Part shown: in pieces, positions 27,701 through 42,719 of the stretch
How positions within the stretch are numbered: the stretch's first letter is position 1
Layout of the letters: each line of letters starts with the position of its first letter
Source: Octopus vulgaris
Taxonomy: Eukaryota
Assembly (NCBI GenBank): GCA_951406725.2
Contig: OX597828.1
Location: 64,046,001-64,110,000, forward strand
DNA length: 64,000 nt
Reading direction: 5' to 3'
Made by a program: the position numbers and the translations under genes
The notes under the pieces: generated by a model
Told to the model about the DNA's origin: nothing
The model's input: the letters and a program-made list of their open reading frames with translations, nothing else
Database searches by the model: none

Positions 27701-28452
27701 TATATATATATGTACACTATATATATATATACACACTATGTATACATACACTATATATATACATTATATATATATATATATATACACACAGATACCTATG
27801 GCTCTCTATATGTATATACATCCACATATACATACACAGGTGTGTATGTGTGTACGTACACATACAACACACATATAGACAGATCTCTTGGTAAACAATC
27901 AGCCAGATGTTAGCCAGGAGAGAGTATTGAGGTATGTTTTCATCGTGTATAGGTTTCCATCATTGCCTTCTCGCAACCTTGAAATGATTAGCCACCACTA
28001 CCACTACCACCACCACCATCACCACCACCACCACCACCATCATCACCACCATCATTATCATCCCCACCCCCACGACTAGCATACTTACCAAAAATATCAA
28101 ACACCAGCTTGGTTAACCGTTGTTAGAAAGAGCAGCGAAATCTCCCTCAAATCATGCACTACATCTTGAAAAGAGGAAGCCCTACATTGTATAGCTTAGT
28201 CGAAGATAACGATTCCTGTTTGAAATGCTTTTGATCTTATTTTTGCTCGATCAGGGTTGACCTGTGGTTAAACAAGAAATCCAACAACAATAACAATCAA
28301 CGCTGCTAACATTATGAAACACAAACAAGGAAAATTATCGCAACCCACGGCTATAATCTTCACCAGTTTGATTGGCTCCATCACGGATAACCACCAACAT
28401 CGACACCACCAACAACATCTTCAACAAGAAAAACAATTGCAGCACCAACTAT

Positions 28453-28492
<40 letters not shown>

Positions 28493-28539
28493 TGAGCAAA
28501 AAGAGATTTGCAAGAACATGAAGAACGACACAGTGCCTA

Positions 28540-28570
<31 letters not shown>

Positions 28571-28637
28571 AGAAGAATAATAGCAATATGGAGGTTGATG
28601 TATTTACTTCAACACCAGCAGTATATATACGTACACA

Positions 28638-28687
<50 letters not shown>

Positions 28688-29899
28688 GTATTAAGAGTAA
28701 CAAGACACAATTGCTGTATGCGTATATCACTTCTTGAACAACGTACAAAGAAAGACAAGTATAACATAGCAGCATTAACAAACATAACCCGCCAATGAAT
28801 GTATGTCTTTATAACACACCGTTTGTGTATATTAACTTTAACGTATATTAACACACAATTCTATACATCAATATTATTTACACCACAAACTGTGTTTCAA
28901 TATGAAAAAAATAAACTTATATAAATAAATTTAAAGAAAAATCAAGCTCGGGAACATCATTTTTAAAAGCTGCTAACAAGTAATATTGAATGACGTTGAA
29001 ACAGAATATCGAATGACTCCACTGGTTTGTGTTAGCAAATAGAAATTACAAACATTTCAAAATTAGAATTTCTCTGTAAGGAGACCACTTTCTGATGGAA
29101 AAAATTTTCCTAGACGTCTGATCTCTCTTTTACTGCATAGAAACCAATGTATTTCACTACACGAACTGTTCATGTGGTCATATTGTGCACGAACGATGTA
29201 TTCGTCTCGTCGCCTTCCGCAAGGAAGGAAGCAAATTTATTTTACTCAGTCTGGTGGCCATGGCTGAAGAGTTTATACGGTAGAAAAGGACCAGGAAGTT
29301 TGAAGCAAGGGCTCTTTTCACTTCCGACCAAACTTTTATCAACTTCTTTAGGTTCCAGTTAAAGAAGAAATTCAGGACCGAGAAAACATGTGAGCCAACA
29401 ACAAATTTAAGCAAAATGGGAGAAGTTAACATGTGGGAACCGGTTGAATGGGTTTACTTGCAGCATGAGACCAACGCTGGGAAATTGCTTTCCCTTTGGC
29501 AGAATAATCTGGGATCTGTGCGGTTTCTCGAGTGGCCCTGTAAGAGTTACATCACCATTGTTTCTCTTTCTTTTCATTTTTGGATTGGGTCATTTCTTTT
29601 TATGGAAAGGAACAGACCCATCGTTTGAGGATTTCCCCTTCTCATGTCATCCTTCCATCGCAAAAGACAAGTTAACTTTTGCTTTCTTAAGAGTTAAGGA
29701 AACACATTGAAGGCCCGCATAAAATATTATCTACCTTTTTCATTTGATGCTGGTATCAATTACTTCCAAATAATTTCAAGGGGAGATAATTTTAATACAT
29801 CAAGAATTTACATTGTACATCATTTAATATACCCTTATTAATTTTTCTAAGATACATACCACTCGCTTCTCTGAATCATTTCTCTCAGAGCATTTGCTT

Positions 29900-29961
<62 letters not shown>

Positions 29962-29967
29962 AGTGTA

Positions 29968-30036
<69 letters not shown>

Positions 30037-30504
30037 ATGTACATATATGTATGTATATTTATGTATGTATGTATACAGGTATGTATTATGTTGGTATGTA
30101 TATGTGTAGAAATCTCTGTAAAATACCGGGTCCCGTGAAAAGATATCGTGATTAAAAGTGTCGGATGTCAAAAGATGAAAAATTGGTTGGGTTTAATGAC
30201 CGAACGGTATTCAAGAGAAAGCATTCTCTGCTAAGCTCCTTTACCGAAGATTACAAGAGATACCGACTTAACCTGCTCCATCAAAGGGAACCAAAGTAGA
30301 TAAGAGTTAAAGGTATGTTAGATGGTGGCAGCAGGGGTGTTTGGCATTTTATGAATGTGGCTAATATCAAAGCGTTCTTTACTGTTTATCATTCTGTTGT
30401 TGCTGTTGTTGTTTTAGATAATGGCGTCTAGCTTACAACATGGAGGAATTATCATTTATCAAGGATGAACGCAGTTTCCTAATCACCATAATCGACGGTA
30501 TCGG

Positions 30505-30895
30505 AGTCTTCGTCGTCGTTGACGTAATCATCGTCCGCTCCTCCTCGTCCTCCTCCTCCTCATCGTCGTCGTCGTCGTCATCATTGCGATCATCAGAATC
30601 ACTGACTTTGAGCTCGGCCGGCAATTCCAATAATCCTCGTTACAATCACGAACGGCATTATCCATCAGCATCATCTTTACCATGTTCGTCACTGCTGTCG
30701 TCATCATAATCACCACCACCACCACTACCACCATCACCGCTACCACCACCACCGCCACCGCCGCCGCCACAACCACCACCACCACCACCACCACTACCAT
30801 CACCATCACTATCATCATCATGCACCTTGATGTTGTAATATTCAAGTAGAACGAGAACAGCGATATCTACTGCTGCTACTACTACTACTATCACT
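30505..30895. repeat. Trinucleotide low-complexity tract (TCG/TCC/CAC/CAT)
   Basis: Direct reading. Confidence 0.85.
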
Positions 30896-30962
30896 ATATT
30901 TCCAGCAAAGTTTCAAATCTTGAAATAGCTTTCAACTGCGAGATGCCGACAGCGACATTGAT

Positions 30963-31016
<54 letters not shown>

Positions 31017-31044
31017 GGGTATACTGGGCTTATACTGGGTATAA

Positions 31045-31636
31045 TAAGGGCAGGAGTAGCAAGATTATACCTACCTAGAAAGGCGGAAGAGGGTTAATAT
31101 CAGTAGAAGACTGTGTGGAGTTAGCTTGAATAGATATAGACACCTGTGTAGGTGACAGTGAAGACGGTTTATTCAGAGCTGCTAGAGTCACAACAAGGCA
31201 TAAGGAAACCAAAGACCCAAACGAACTTAAAACTAGAAAAAAGAACAGAAATTATATGACTGGCAGGAGAAAGCGTTGCAGGGTAGATTCCCAAAGATAC
31301 TTGCCGAAAATAATTGTAGTGAGACATAGTTATGGTTGCAGAAAGGAAAGCCGAAGAGGGAGGCAGAAAGTTTGTTAGTAGTTGCACAGGATCAAGCATT
31401 AAAGACTAACTGGATAAAAGCCATGATAGACTAAAACCAAATAGATTCCCAATGTAGATTATGCGAATCAAAAGAGAAAAGCGTCACTCACATAGTAAGT
31501 GAATGCAGCATGCTGGCACAGGAATTAGTACAAGACATGACAACCTAGGGAGAGTAATCCACTGGGAGCTATGTAGAACGCTAGGATTTGAACACACTGA
31601 TAAATGGTATGAACATGAACCTGGTAAAGTACTAGA
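31045..31636 (+). mobile_element. R4/Dong-like non-LTR retrotransposon fragment (post-RT and CCHC region)
   Basis: LYLPRK..GRGLISVEDC; VAQDQALKTNWIKAMID*..QCRLCESKEKSVTHIVSEC; RHDNLGRVIHWELC...WYEHEP; stops and frameshifts present. Confidence 0.8.
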
Positions 31637-31814
31637 AATGAGAGAATGAAATATAACGATGTAACACAAGCATGTACACACACATATATAGAAACATATG
31701 AAATGAGATTTCTACCAACAAATGAATTATGAGAATGAACTTTAGGAGAATGATGAGTGAAATGTTGAAACCGTAAGGAACTTAGGGTCGGAAATTTGGA
31801 GATGAGAAAGTTCA

Positions 31815-32465
31815 ATATAACAGGGAAATGGAAAACAAAAAAAAAATATATATATATTACAGATGAGGAAATGGAAAAGATGCTTAAGAAAATAACAAAT
31901 TGTAAAATACTTAGACCAGATGCTGCTAAGGGATTCTGCAGAGGAAAGACAGAGTTAATACAGAAGAACAATGAACGAAGAAGAGAGAGGTGAAGTCAGT
32001 AATAAAAGACTTTCCATTACTCTTGAAATTATTGACTGACCTCTTACCTGATGAAGTGTATAACTTTCTGTGGGAGTGGAATCTATTGCGAAAGAGGTGT
32101 AGGAAGAAGTGAAAGGGAATTGTTGAGTTTCTGTGTATTGATAACAGAATATCAATTGTATTAGGAATACGAAGGAACTTTGCTGTTGATCGGAGCGACT
32201 GTAAGAAAACGTACGATAGATCCACACTGTGGATTCTAGAACTGACAGAGGGCGCTCCGAGTCAATGAAATGATTTACAAGTTTATAGAACAAAACTGAT
32301 GAGATTTTGGGAAATAGAATTAAAACGCAGCAGTAAATCATTAGCAAAGGTGATAATGCACAGGATAATATTGCAAGGAAAAAGACGCTTCCATTACTTT
32401 TCATCATTGCTTTAATCCTTCTGATAAGCATGCTGAGAAAATCCAGGGTGAAAATAACCCCCCAC

Positions 32466-32521
<56 letters not shown>

Positions 32522-32900
32522 ATAACCTTAAACAGTATGAAAAAAAGAAAACAAAACTGGATTCTCTGATCGAAACAGCAATATTCTTTAAAGTATATGT
32601 CACCTTGCAAAGCTGTCTGGCGTCTGTTAATGGTGCTGCTGACACCAATTCTAGTACTCTCTCTCTCTCTCTCTCTCTCATTCCCCCGAAAATATTGGAA
32701 GTGAAAATCGCTGGTTATGATGACCTCGATAATTGGTAGTAAATGATAAGAAACAAAATGAGTCGAGAAAAATAAGTTAAAAAGGATAAGGGCACGATTA
32801 AGATGTGGGGTGACTCATTAAATGTCGTAATTAAAATATCAGAATCGAAATCTGAGCTTTGCAGTTGAAGTATTATTAGATTGGAAAGCCATAATAATGG
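31815..32900 (+). mobile_element. Rearranged R4/Dong-like RT and endonuclease scraps
   Basis: LPLLFIIALILL (2380-type SPLLF motif) near 32385-32420 and IDNLKQY (MDDLKLY-like) near 32518-32540; RLE-like remnant 32690-32870. Confidence 0.5.
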
Positions 32901-33286
32901 AATATACCTCTAAATTCCTGTAATGAAGAAAGTATGGTTACGTCCATCACAGAACCCGGTGCCAGAGGAAGAGCATGGAGGGTTGGAATAGGTAGGCCTA
33001 AGGTGGACGAAATACTGTTTCACTACTTCCATTTATAGTTTGAATTCAAATGTCGACAATGAGAGAATGAAATATAACGATATAACACAAGCATGTACAC
33101 ACACATATATAGAAACACGTGAACCCATTCACACACACACACACACATTTATGTTACGGATGGAAGTAATGCCTTTCATTCAAGCATTTATGCGAGGAAT
33201 TTATTGTTAGGAGAGAAACAAATAATGAAAAGGCAAAAAGAATTTCAGAAGACAATACGAAGACATTACGATAGACAACCTTCAAG

Positions 33287-33366
<80 letters not shown>

Positions 33367-34254
33367 TACCAGAACTGGTGTCAGCAGCACCATTAACAGA
33401 AGCCAGACAGCTTTGCAAGGTGACAGATACTTTAAACCAACCAACATGGCGGGTAGTCATTTATGTGACGATGTCATAAGCTAAATATAGAGTTTAGGAG
33501 ATATACAATAATATCACGACGTGATATTGCGAAGTTGATTGCGGTATGGGGGTAGGGTGGGGTGGGGACTCAAAACGTGGAAGAGTAAATATTCGCAGAT
33601 TTTACTTCTTTTTCTCTCACTCGTTATGGAACTGTCAAAAACACACACACATACATACATACATGCACGCACCCCCTCATACACACATGTACATACGAAC
33701 ACATATATGTTATACAATTCGCTGACATTGATGTGGATTGCTGCGTTTCTTCATGATTCTTGAATCATAATCTTTGGGGGTTCTTGATGAAAATGTTCAT
33801 GACTTGAGAGACGCAACAAGAATATCAGAGAGAGAGAGAGAGAGAGAGAGGGTGGCGAGATGAAGAAAAAAACATTGGGTGAAGCTGGATGTATTGAAAG
33901 GTTTGGTATTTTGTTAGATCAGACCCGTCACACAATACCAACATACAAGAAATGTGATCTTTTTGCCGCTGTCCAAACTTATCCGAGGAGAGTTCGTTAG
34001 AAAACATTCGATCAATGTTTGAAAACCAGCGCTGTTTTTCAAACGGAGTGGGCATGCGGGAATCTAAACTGAAACAATCTCTTCACTAGATGTATGAATG
34101 TTTTTAAACAGTTAGGTTAGTACTCCAATATTGGGTAACATGTGAGAAAAACATATCAGGAAAAGTTTTCAACACAATACACAGATATCATAATCATCCA
34201 GATCGCCAAAGCACATTTTTATTATCGAAAATATCTAATCCTTAATTCAAACCA

Positions 34255-34452
34255 ACGAAGTGAGTGGGACTTTGGAACATGGTAGAATCATCTGAGAGCT
34301 GGACAGAATGCAGTATTTGTGCCGACAGAGACACAATGAGTTCAATTCAAGCCAAGATGAGCGACAAAATTGATCGCAGCAGGATTTGAACCCAGAACCT
34401 ACAAAGCCAGGATGAATATGGTGGTCAAATAGTTTTACCAGCCCACCGCCTT
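34255..34452 (-). mobile_element. SINE family B copy, very degenerate
   Basis: ggatttgaacccagaac and ccagcccaccgcc. Confidence 0.45.
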
Positions 34453-34764
34453 TTTCATAACAACGTTGATTTATATCAACACAAAATAAAATCATGTTTC
34501 TGTGTTTACCAATTTATCTATCCTTATTTTTGTATGCGCTTAACCCACATCTGAGAATTTTCAACCTGGTTTTCGTTCGGCCTGTCTGTATATCTGACTG
34601 TTTCTCTTTCTCTCTCTCTTTCTTTCTCCCCCTCTCTCTATTTATATATATCCATACATCTCATTTTTTTCCTATGTTTAATCTATACATACTCACTACG
34701 GTAACAATATACCTTTCTAGCTTTGTACGTATGTTTATATATATACACACACACATATATATAT

Positions 34765-34796
<32 letters not shown>

Positions 34797-35162
34797 GGGG
34801 GTATGTATATATACGTGTTTTTGTATTTATATACATACACACACATGCGAACACATGCACAATGCACACACGTAGTAGTACATGTGTGCTTGCTTCAGTG
34901 TGTTTCCGTTTGAGCGTCTAGGAGTGTATATAAATGAGTGTGTATAAATAAGTGTATATAAATATGTGATTGAGTGTATGTGTGTGTGTGTGTTCATCTG
35001 GAAGCGTTTCAAAAGTCTTCAATTGCTAAATGCTCGTTTGAAGGTCCCGATATTTTGCGAATGGAATGTCGATCTTCATCTACTTAAACTGATTGCATCT
35101 CCACTTCTATTTGTTCAACCATTTCAGACCTTACCCTACCTTTCACAGATTGCACATATCTT

Positions 35163-35319
<157 letters not shown>

Positions 35320-35459
35320 CTGTTCTTTCTGTTGTACTAATTGTAATGCCTACTATCATTGTGAAGCTGAGTGCAGCTTTGTGTACCTTGCTTTGGTGCG
35401 ATGGTTTGTCTTGGTGCTGTATTTTCTATGAAATTGCAAGCCTCAGAGTATGGAAGCTA

Positions 35460-38200
35460 CAACACCTTTATTCCCATCGAGAGTTCCTTAAACTACTAAC
35501 TGCAGCCTCCACGTATTTCGATAGTTCTGGTGTTTAAAACTTTGCGGCTAAACTGAAATAAAATTTTCTTTGACTCCAGCTTTTGAGTTCCCCGCTTCTT
35601 GCCCGATGTTTCAATTATAGTTTGTACGTTGCGCACATTTATAAACTCCGGAGATTTATGAAGTTGTCTGTCCGTATTTTTTCTCTTTCTGACCATTCAG
35701 TGCAACTGTTATTACAGAGATTATTTCTGTTTTCATTCCTTCACATTTTGGTTATCGCTATTTCAAGATATTTATATTTGGATAACTTCTCCAATTCTTT
35801 GAGAGATACGTTTGTTAGGACTGGTATCTCTGGCAGTCATAGACAATATCCAATTCCCTGCTTGTGGGAATTGATATATCTCAAAGTATGAAAGCCCACA
35901 ACCCTGTCATGGTTGTAGATTTATCTTCTGATGGATGTGGCCAGCCGAGGCAGTTCCTTAACGCTATTGTTTTCATATTCCTCTTGAAGACATTACTTTT
36001 ATTTCAATTCATTTTGAAAATAATGAAGAACTTGGTTCAATGACTTTGTCCTTACTAAGTTGGTGTCTGGAAAATAAATCATGAAATTGTGATGGAAGGA
36101 ATCAATTTAGATCTATTTAACGCTTTTGTTTCCGTATTTTTGGTGAATCACACTGATTTTGTTTCAATAATAAAGAGGTTATTAAAATATTAAACTGGTA
36201 CTGGAACAAATTTACATAAACATTTGAGAGTTTTAATTTAAATCACTTTAATATGGAAACTGGGGTTGATTCCAGACGGGTCGAAAGGGTTAAACGGTTT
36301 GCATTCCTCCTCTATGTATTTTGAAATTACTTAATGTTTTCTGCTTCATTATATTCTTAATGGATTTGATGAGGAAATCTTTGGATTCTGTGCCGAAATC
36401 AAATATTTTTCAACTTCATCTTTGACTTTTACTCATCTCAGTCGGTGTAAAAGATTGCTCGTTGTCTATTTCGCCTGATTCCTTTTGTTTCTTTTTTAGG
36501 AATAGGCCATGTAGGGTTTTTTCTTGCTATCGTTTTCGCATGGCATTCTGTAGCACTATTTTTAGTTCAGATTTTTGTCTTTTTTTCTCATTTTCTGTTG
36601 CCGTTTCTCTGTTCCTCTCCCGACTGTCTGTCATTTCAGCCGCTGATTTATATTTGTCGGCTTCCTTGAAGACAGAAAAACATTATTTTTTATATATTTT
36701 GCTCATGTTTTGCAGCAGTCACTAATAATTTCCCCATTATTCTTTACCAGATATTTTTTCAGTCCTGCTGTAGATATTTAAGAATAGATTTCTTGCTGCA
36801 GAATCCCCTATCTTCCTGTATACGCGATAAATATAATCTTTCTGTGTCAGGTTTTGGCTGGTGTATTCTAACTACAGATATTATTTGCTTTGTTTTTCCG
36901 ACTAGTTTTTATTATTTCACTGAACGCCTACTTGAGAGTATAATAACTCTTACTTATTACTGATACAGCTGTAGTGTTAATGTTTATGAAATTACATTTT
37001 CAACTTATGTTTTAAGAACTACTCTAATGAATCTGTAATATTCTTTCATGGCCTCTCCTTTCATTTGTGTGCGCTTTCCTATTATATTTTCATTTATTTC
37101 CTATTTTGTAAATCTGTATTTCACTTAATCCTCTAATCATTCTTTCTTTAATCAATATGACATCAGTGATCTCAATTAGTTTTCCTCTCTTCAAAGTTAT
37201 TATGGCACATTTTCCAAAGTAAATCTGATTTGAATTCTTTTAGTAAATCTTTACTTTATCTGCAGCAGTGTTTCACATTGTTTATCATGTGAAACGTACA
37301 GCTTGAGATTGTCAAAATACAAAAGATGGTCATTTGTCCATATTTTCCTATAGCATTCCTACCCAAATCCAATCTGGTTTAGTATGTTAGTTGAAGGGAT
37401 TAATCTCAAATAGAATTTGAATGGAGAGGGAGAGAGTTCGCTTCTATAGGCTTCTTTTATTGGAGAAAGGATTAGATATTATACTGTTCACAGTTTGTCT
37501 ATATCTACAGATTTGTTTGCTATTTCCATCGTATTAAAAGTTCTACTTTATGAATGATTAAAGTTTCCATTCTGCCCTTCCCGGTAACGCCATCAAATGC
37601 CTTCCGGTTATCACTCCATGCTCTGCTTGGACACTTATTTCTCCCCCTAAATTGTTCACTTGACCACTAATTGCTCTTAACAACCATATGACTGATTGTC
37701 ATTTCATCACTGATGGACACACACAAGCCTCTGTCCCACAGATGTGCTCTGTCCTATTTCTGTCTTTTCTATCGCTACAATAATAGCCTCTGTTTTTCAG
37801 AGCTGCATGGTCTCCTACCACTGCCACTCAGATATTTCTAACCCATTCATCTCGCCACCACTCTTCGCCCTTGCTGCGTCCAGCCCCAGCATCACCTACC
37901 CACTAATCCCAGTACTTTCTCTCCAAAACATCGTCCCCTTCAGAATATTCTTTCTGCTCCTGTGTTTCCTGAAAATGTTGACCTCTATCAGAATAAACAG
38001 AGCATAAGACATCAACCTTCCGGATCTTGAAGGGTCTGCAAATGTAATGGGCACTACCCCTTTCTGAAGATTCAGCAAGTAAAAATACGTCAGGCCCTTT
38101 GCTTCAACCTTTTTCTTCTTTTGGAAATGACCATTTTATGTCAGCAGGTATTTATTTATCTTCTGTTACAATATTTCAGTTCGGCTCTGTATGCTGAAAA
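35460..38200 (-). mobile_element. Decayed R4/Dong-like LINE with nested insertion
   Basis: Minus-strand HLLYFDNLKLY (~37297-37330), SLPLH..LIP (~37395-37440), KIGDS (~36800-36815), HDRV (~35900-35912) appear in the expected order. Confidence 0.6.
35958..36293. mobile_element. piggyBac-like MITE, partial tandem dimer
   Basis: Right end GAAAGGG|TTAA; left TTAA|CGCT; internal second TTAACGCTTTTG at ~36117 followed by repeat of tttcaat...aataa..aaga..tggaa..aaat..aattta.atc. Confidence 0.55.
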
Positions 38201-38991
38201 CAGGCAGATTAAGAGCCTATAGATTGTTGGGTGTGTCGTTTCTTTAATCTTTGAGATTAAGATAGATTTCTATACAGAGAGGTAATCAGCGGTTGTCTAA
38301 GGTTCAGTTCCGTATTAAGTATTTCCGTTTGCACCCACCTTATATGTCCTGTAAATATTATATCCACAAATGGCTGATATTATCAAACCCATGGTGCTTT
38401 CCGTTTGTTTATTTTGGTAACGTCTGCGTTACTTGCTGTGCTGATAAGGCCTTCTGCGATTGTTCAGGTGTTCTGTCGGTTGTCTTGCATAACATCGCTG
38501 ATTATATTTCTCTTCATCTCATTTCTCCCATTCTTCCTGTTGCTGCTGCTGCATTCATTGCAGCCATCGACAGCAAACCCTCATAGATTTTAGTCGGCAG
38601 CATTAAGCTCAATTCAGTTAGGAATCTTTTTTTTTTCTTTTCGGAATTAATCATGCAAGTGTAGCATGTAGAATATGAATGAAATTAATGTGTTCATTGT
38701 TTCTTTTTCAGATCTTTAAAAAAAATGTCTCATTCTTGGTTCGAGGAAAATATCCGCAGGAATAAAAGTCTGGGCCCCGATGAGTTGTAACTGTACAAGA
38801 TAAAGGCCTTTCACAGGCTAGATTTCCTTCAGGATCCTAAGAGCTTTTGCTAAATATTTCACCCTTAAAATATTGTACGATTTGCTTCTGCTGGAACAGC
38901 CGTAAGCCTAGGAATCGATCATGGCCGATTCGAAAGAATGAATCACTCATAGCTTACACCATGAACACCTACCTACCTACTTACCTACCTA

Positions 38992-39151
38992 TGCAGGTGT
39001 GGGTGTGTTGTAAGTAGCTTGCTTACCAATTACATGGCTCCGGGTTCACTCCCACTGCGTGGCACCTTGGGCAAGTGTCTTCTTCTATAGCCTCGGGCCG
39101 ACCAAAGCCTTGTGAGTAGATTTAATAGACGGAAACTGAAAGAAGCCCATC

Positions 39152-39233
<82 letters not shown>

Positions 39234-39412
39234 TAGTTTGTCTGTGTTTGTCCCCTCACCATCACTTGACAACAGATGTTGGTGTGTTTAAGTCCCCGTA
39301 ATCTAGCGGTTCGGCAAAAGAATAACTCCTGGGGTCGACTTGTTCGACTAAAGGCGGTGCTCCATTCAAATGACTGCAACATGGCCGCAGTCAAATGACA
39401 AACAACTAAAAT

Positions 39413-39416
<4 letters not shown>
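38992..39416 (+). mobile_element. Full-length tRNA-derived CORE-type SINE (family A) with internal (TA)n(TG)n
   Basis: tRNA-like head with B-box gggttcactccc, CORE-like ccttgggcaagtg, internal microsatellite, A-rich tail; resembles octopus OR-type SINEs (from memory, unverified). Confidence 0.8.
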
Positions 39417-39455
<39 letters not shown>

Positions 39456-39958
39456 GTTTGTTTTTATGTTCAGTTGTAATAAAAACAATTTTACATGAAT
39501 CTGAAAGGTTACTCTATAGTTTTGCGGAGTTCAAATTTAATTTTCTTTAACAATAGCATTGAGAGTGACTTCGAAGTTTTGACCAGCCAACCCATCATCG
39601 GACTATCTTATATGCATGTATGTACATATTAAACATTAGACCATAAACACCATACACGCACACATAAAGGATAGCTCACTTACACACACTGGCAGAAACA
39701 AAAGCAACATAGACATCGCATACATATACACATTGCTTACACATGCACATGCCACATAGACTTTGCATAGCCGTGCAGAGCACACACGCTCGCGCGCACT
39801 CACAAATACCTCCTTGTTTCATTCGACCTCTCCCATTTGTTTTCCATTTGTTTCTTATATTCTTATATCTGTCACTACTACACAGCTTCATCTTCATGCG
39901 CTGCGCCACACTTTTATTCTCTTCTCTTATATGTATATATATGTGTGTATGTGTGTGC

Positions 39959-40076
<118 letters not shown>

Positions 40077-40134
40077 CTTTTATTTATATATATATATATA
40101 ATATATATATATATATGTGTGTGTGTATATATAT

Positions 40135-40158
40135 ATACATAGATGCAGAGACGACGGC

Positions 40159-40224
<66 letters not shown>

Positions 40225-40248
40225 GCCGTCGTCTCTGCATCTATGTAT
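40135..40248. repeat. Perfect 114-bp palindrome centred on (AT)n
   Basis: atacatagatgcagagacgacggcgcc-(AT)n-ggcgccgtcgtctctgcatctatgtat. Confidence 0.95.
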
Positions 40249-40341
40249 CTACTCCACAAGTATTTCCCTTCTCTTCCCGCAAGTAGATTCCCCCGCCTCA
40301 CATTCCACACACACACACACACACAGACACAGACACACACA

Positions 40342-40419
<78 letters not shown>

Positions 40420-40660
40420 ACCACATTCCCAATATCATACAACAATCCACGTTCAGCATTCAGTTTCGCTAATTCTGCAGAAATGAAGGAAAACTGTTTT
40501 TCGCGGATAAGAAATGTTCGCAGCCAATTCTCCCCTGCTGTAGATTAGAACAGATGCACCCACAAGCAGACGGGTAGCAGCAACTCTGCACATCGTGTAC
40601 ATAAAACTGATTACACCTTTTACTCCAGTGTACTGGTGCCGATATTAGAATAGTTGTAGG

Positions 40661-40719
<59 letters not shown>

Positions 40720-40862
40720 TATATATAAAATAATATGTTACAATTACTCAACAGTCAAGATAAAACTCTGAGTTTCAGATACCGAAGTGGAAATCCACAA
40801 CACCATCTCTTCGGTTATCTGGCCATCTATATATATATATATATATATATATATAACAGGTC

Positions 40863-40908
<46 letters not shown>

Positions 40909-40920
40909 CGAGAGAGAAAG

Positions 40921-41036
<116 letters not shown>

Positions 41037-41166
41037 AAGATAAATATATATATATATGCTGGTGGCAAATAAATTCTACGAAATTTTTTGCCACCCTATA
41101 TTGATTAATTATATATATATATATATTTATCTCTCTCTCTATGCACACACACATATATATATGCAT

Positions 41167-41201
<35 letters not shown>

Positions 41202-41462
41202 AACTGTACGTATACACATATATCAAGGTATGCAGGTATTTTTATATATATGTGTGTGTGTGTGTGTGTGTATTTAAAAGTATTTTGCAGAATAAGGCCG
41301 GTGGAATGTTTCCACAGATAGACCATTGCACTACGTGGTTACACAGACACACACACGTACATACCGGTACACAGACACACATATACACAAGCGCATACAC
41401 AGTCACGTACACACACACGTACACACAAGTATAGTTGTGCACGTGTGGATGTGTGTTCGTAC

Positions 41463-41507
<45 letters not shown>

Positions 41508-41615
41508 TACATGCGCACACATATATGTATGTGTATCTGCAAAGAAGAGTGAGAGAAAGAGACAGGGAAAGAGATAAGACCTATGTGCATGTAACCAAAG
41601 AGAAACATATATATA

Positions 41616-41660
<45 letters not shown>

Positions 41661-41819
41661 TATATATACATATACATATATATACATACACATATATTAT
41701 ATATGTATATATATTATATATACTTACGTGTGTATGTGTGTGTTTTTAGGTGTACGCGCGTATGTGTATATAGATAGATACATCAAGGAATACGACGCTC
41801 CCTCCCCTTTGCAGAAAAG

Positions 41820-41995
41820 GCGAAGGAATTCTTCCACTGAAGCCATGATTCCACTGCATCAACATCGATGGGATGGCCATGCCTTGCAAATACCAGACCA
41901 TCGGTTGCCAAAACTATTCTTTAATTCTGAGATGAGCGAGGAACAAAGTTTTAGGGTGAGGTGGGGATCACAAAAGGTGTTGTTAAAGATGTAAT
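41820..41995 (+). mobile_element. RTE-clade LINE C-terminal fragment
   Basis: QHRWDGHALQIPDHRLPKLFFNSEM resembles the RTE LRWxGHxxRMxxxRLPK motif. Confidence 0.7.
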
Positions 41996-42719
41996 TAAAG
42001 AATATGGAACAAAAAGATAACATTAAACAATAAAATAAAAGTATCAATGTATAAGAGTGAAAACTATTATCGATCAACTGATACACATGGGTGTAGATCC
42101 TTTCTAACAGAACCCTAACAATATTTTGATACGGCCCGATTGATATCGCCGAACGATAAGTAAAACTAACAGGTCACATATCCGGGCCACCAGAACAATG
42201 CAATTCTCGAACAGGTGTCAAATGGACATCACCAGGAAAAGAGAGAGATGACACTGAAAACTACGCGGCGAGTAAGATATAAGAACCGATATGAGAAAGG
42301 ACAATATCACATGACCAGATATAGAAAAAAAAAACTGCCAACAGAGACCGTAAATTGACGGTACACTGAGCTGAAGAATACAGGAGGAGCTAAATGGAAC
42401 TGAAGTGAAAGCTATGTGAAGTTTCAAGTACAGAGACTCTTCCTTAGAGAAAGAACAAAAGCCTGATTTGCTATCGGAAACGTGTAGGATCCAACATCAG
42501 TTTATGTTGGATGTGGGTTGACAGAAGCCTTTATAGAGCAGTGATTATCGAGTCGGTGAGGCCAACAGAGAGAATGCGTTGTGGGAACTTATTCAGACTG
42601 TTTGATCTGGCTGTGATCAACATTTAAGGACATCGATGTAATAGAGAGACAAGGGACAGTTATATGTATGGGCAAATGCGGGACCACAATAAAATATATC
42701 TTGCCATCTTCTGAACATA

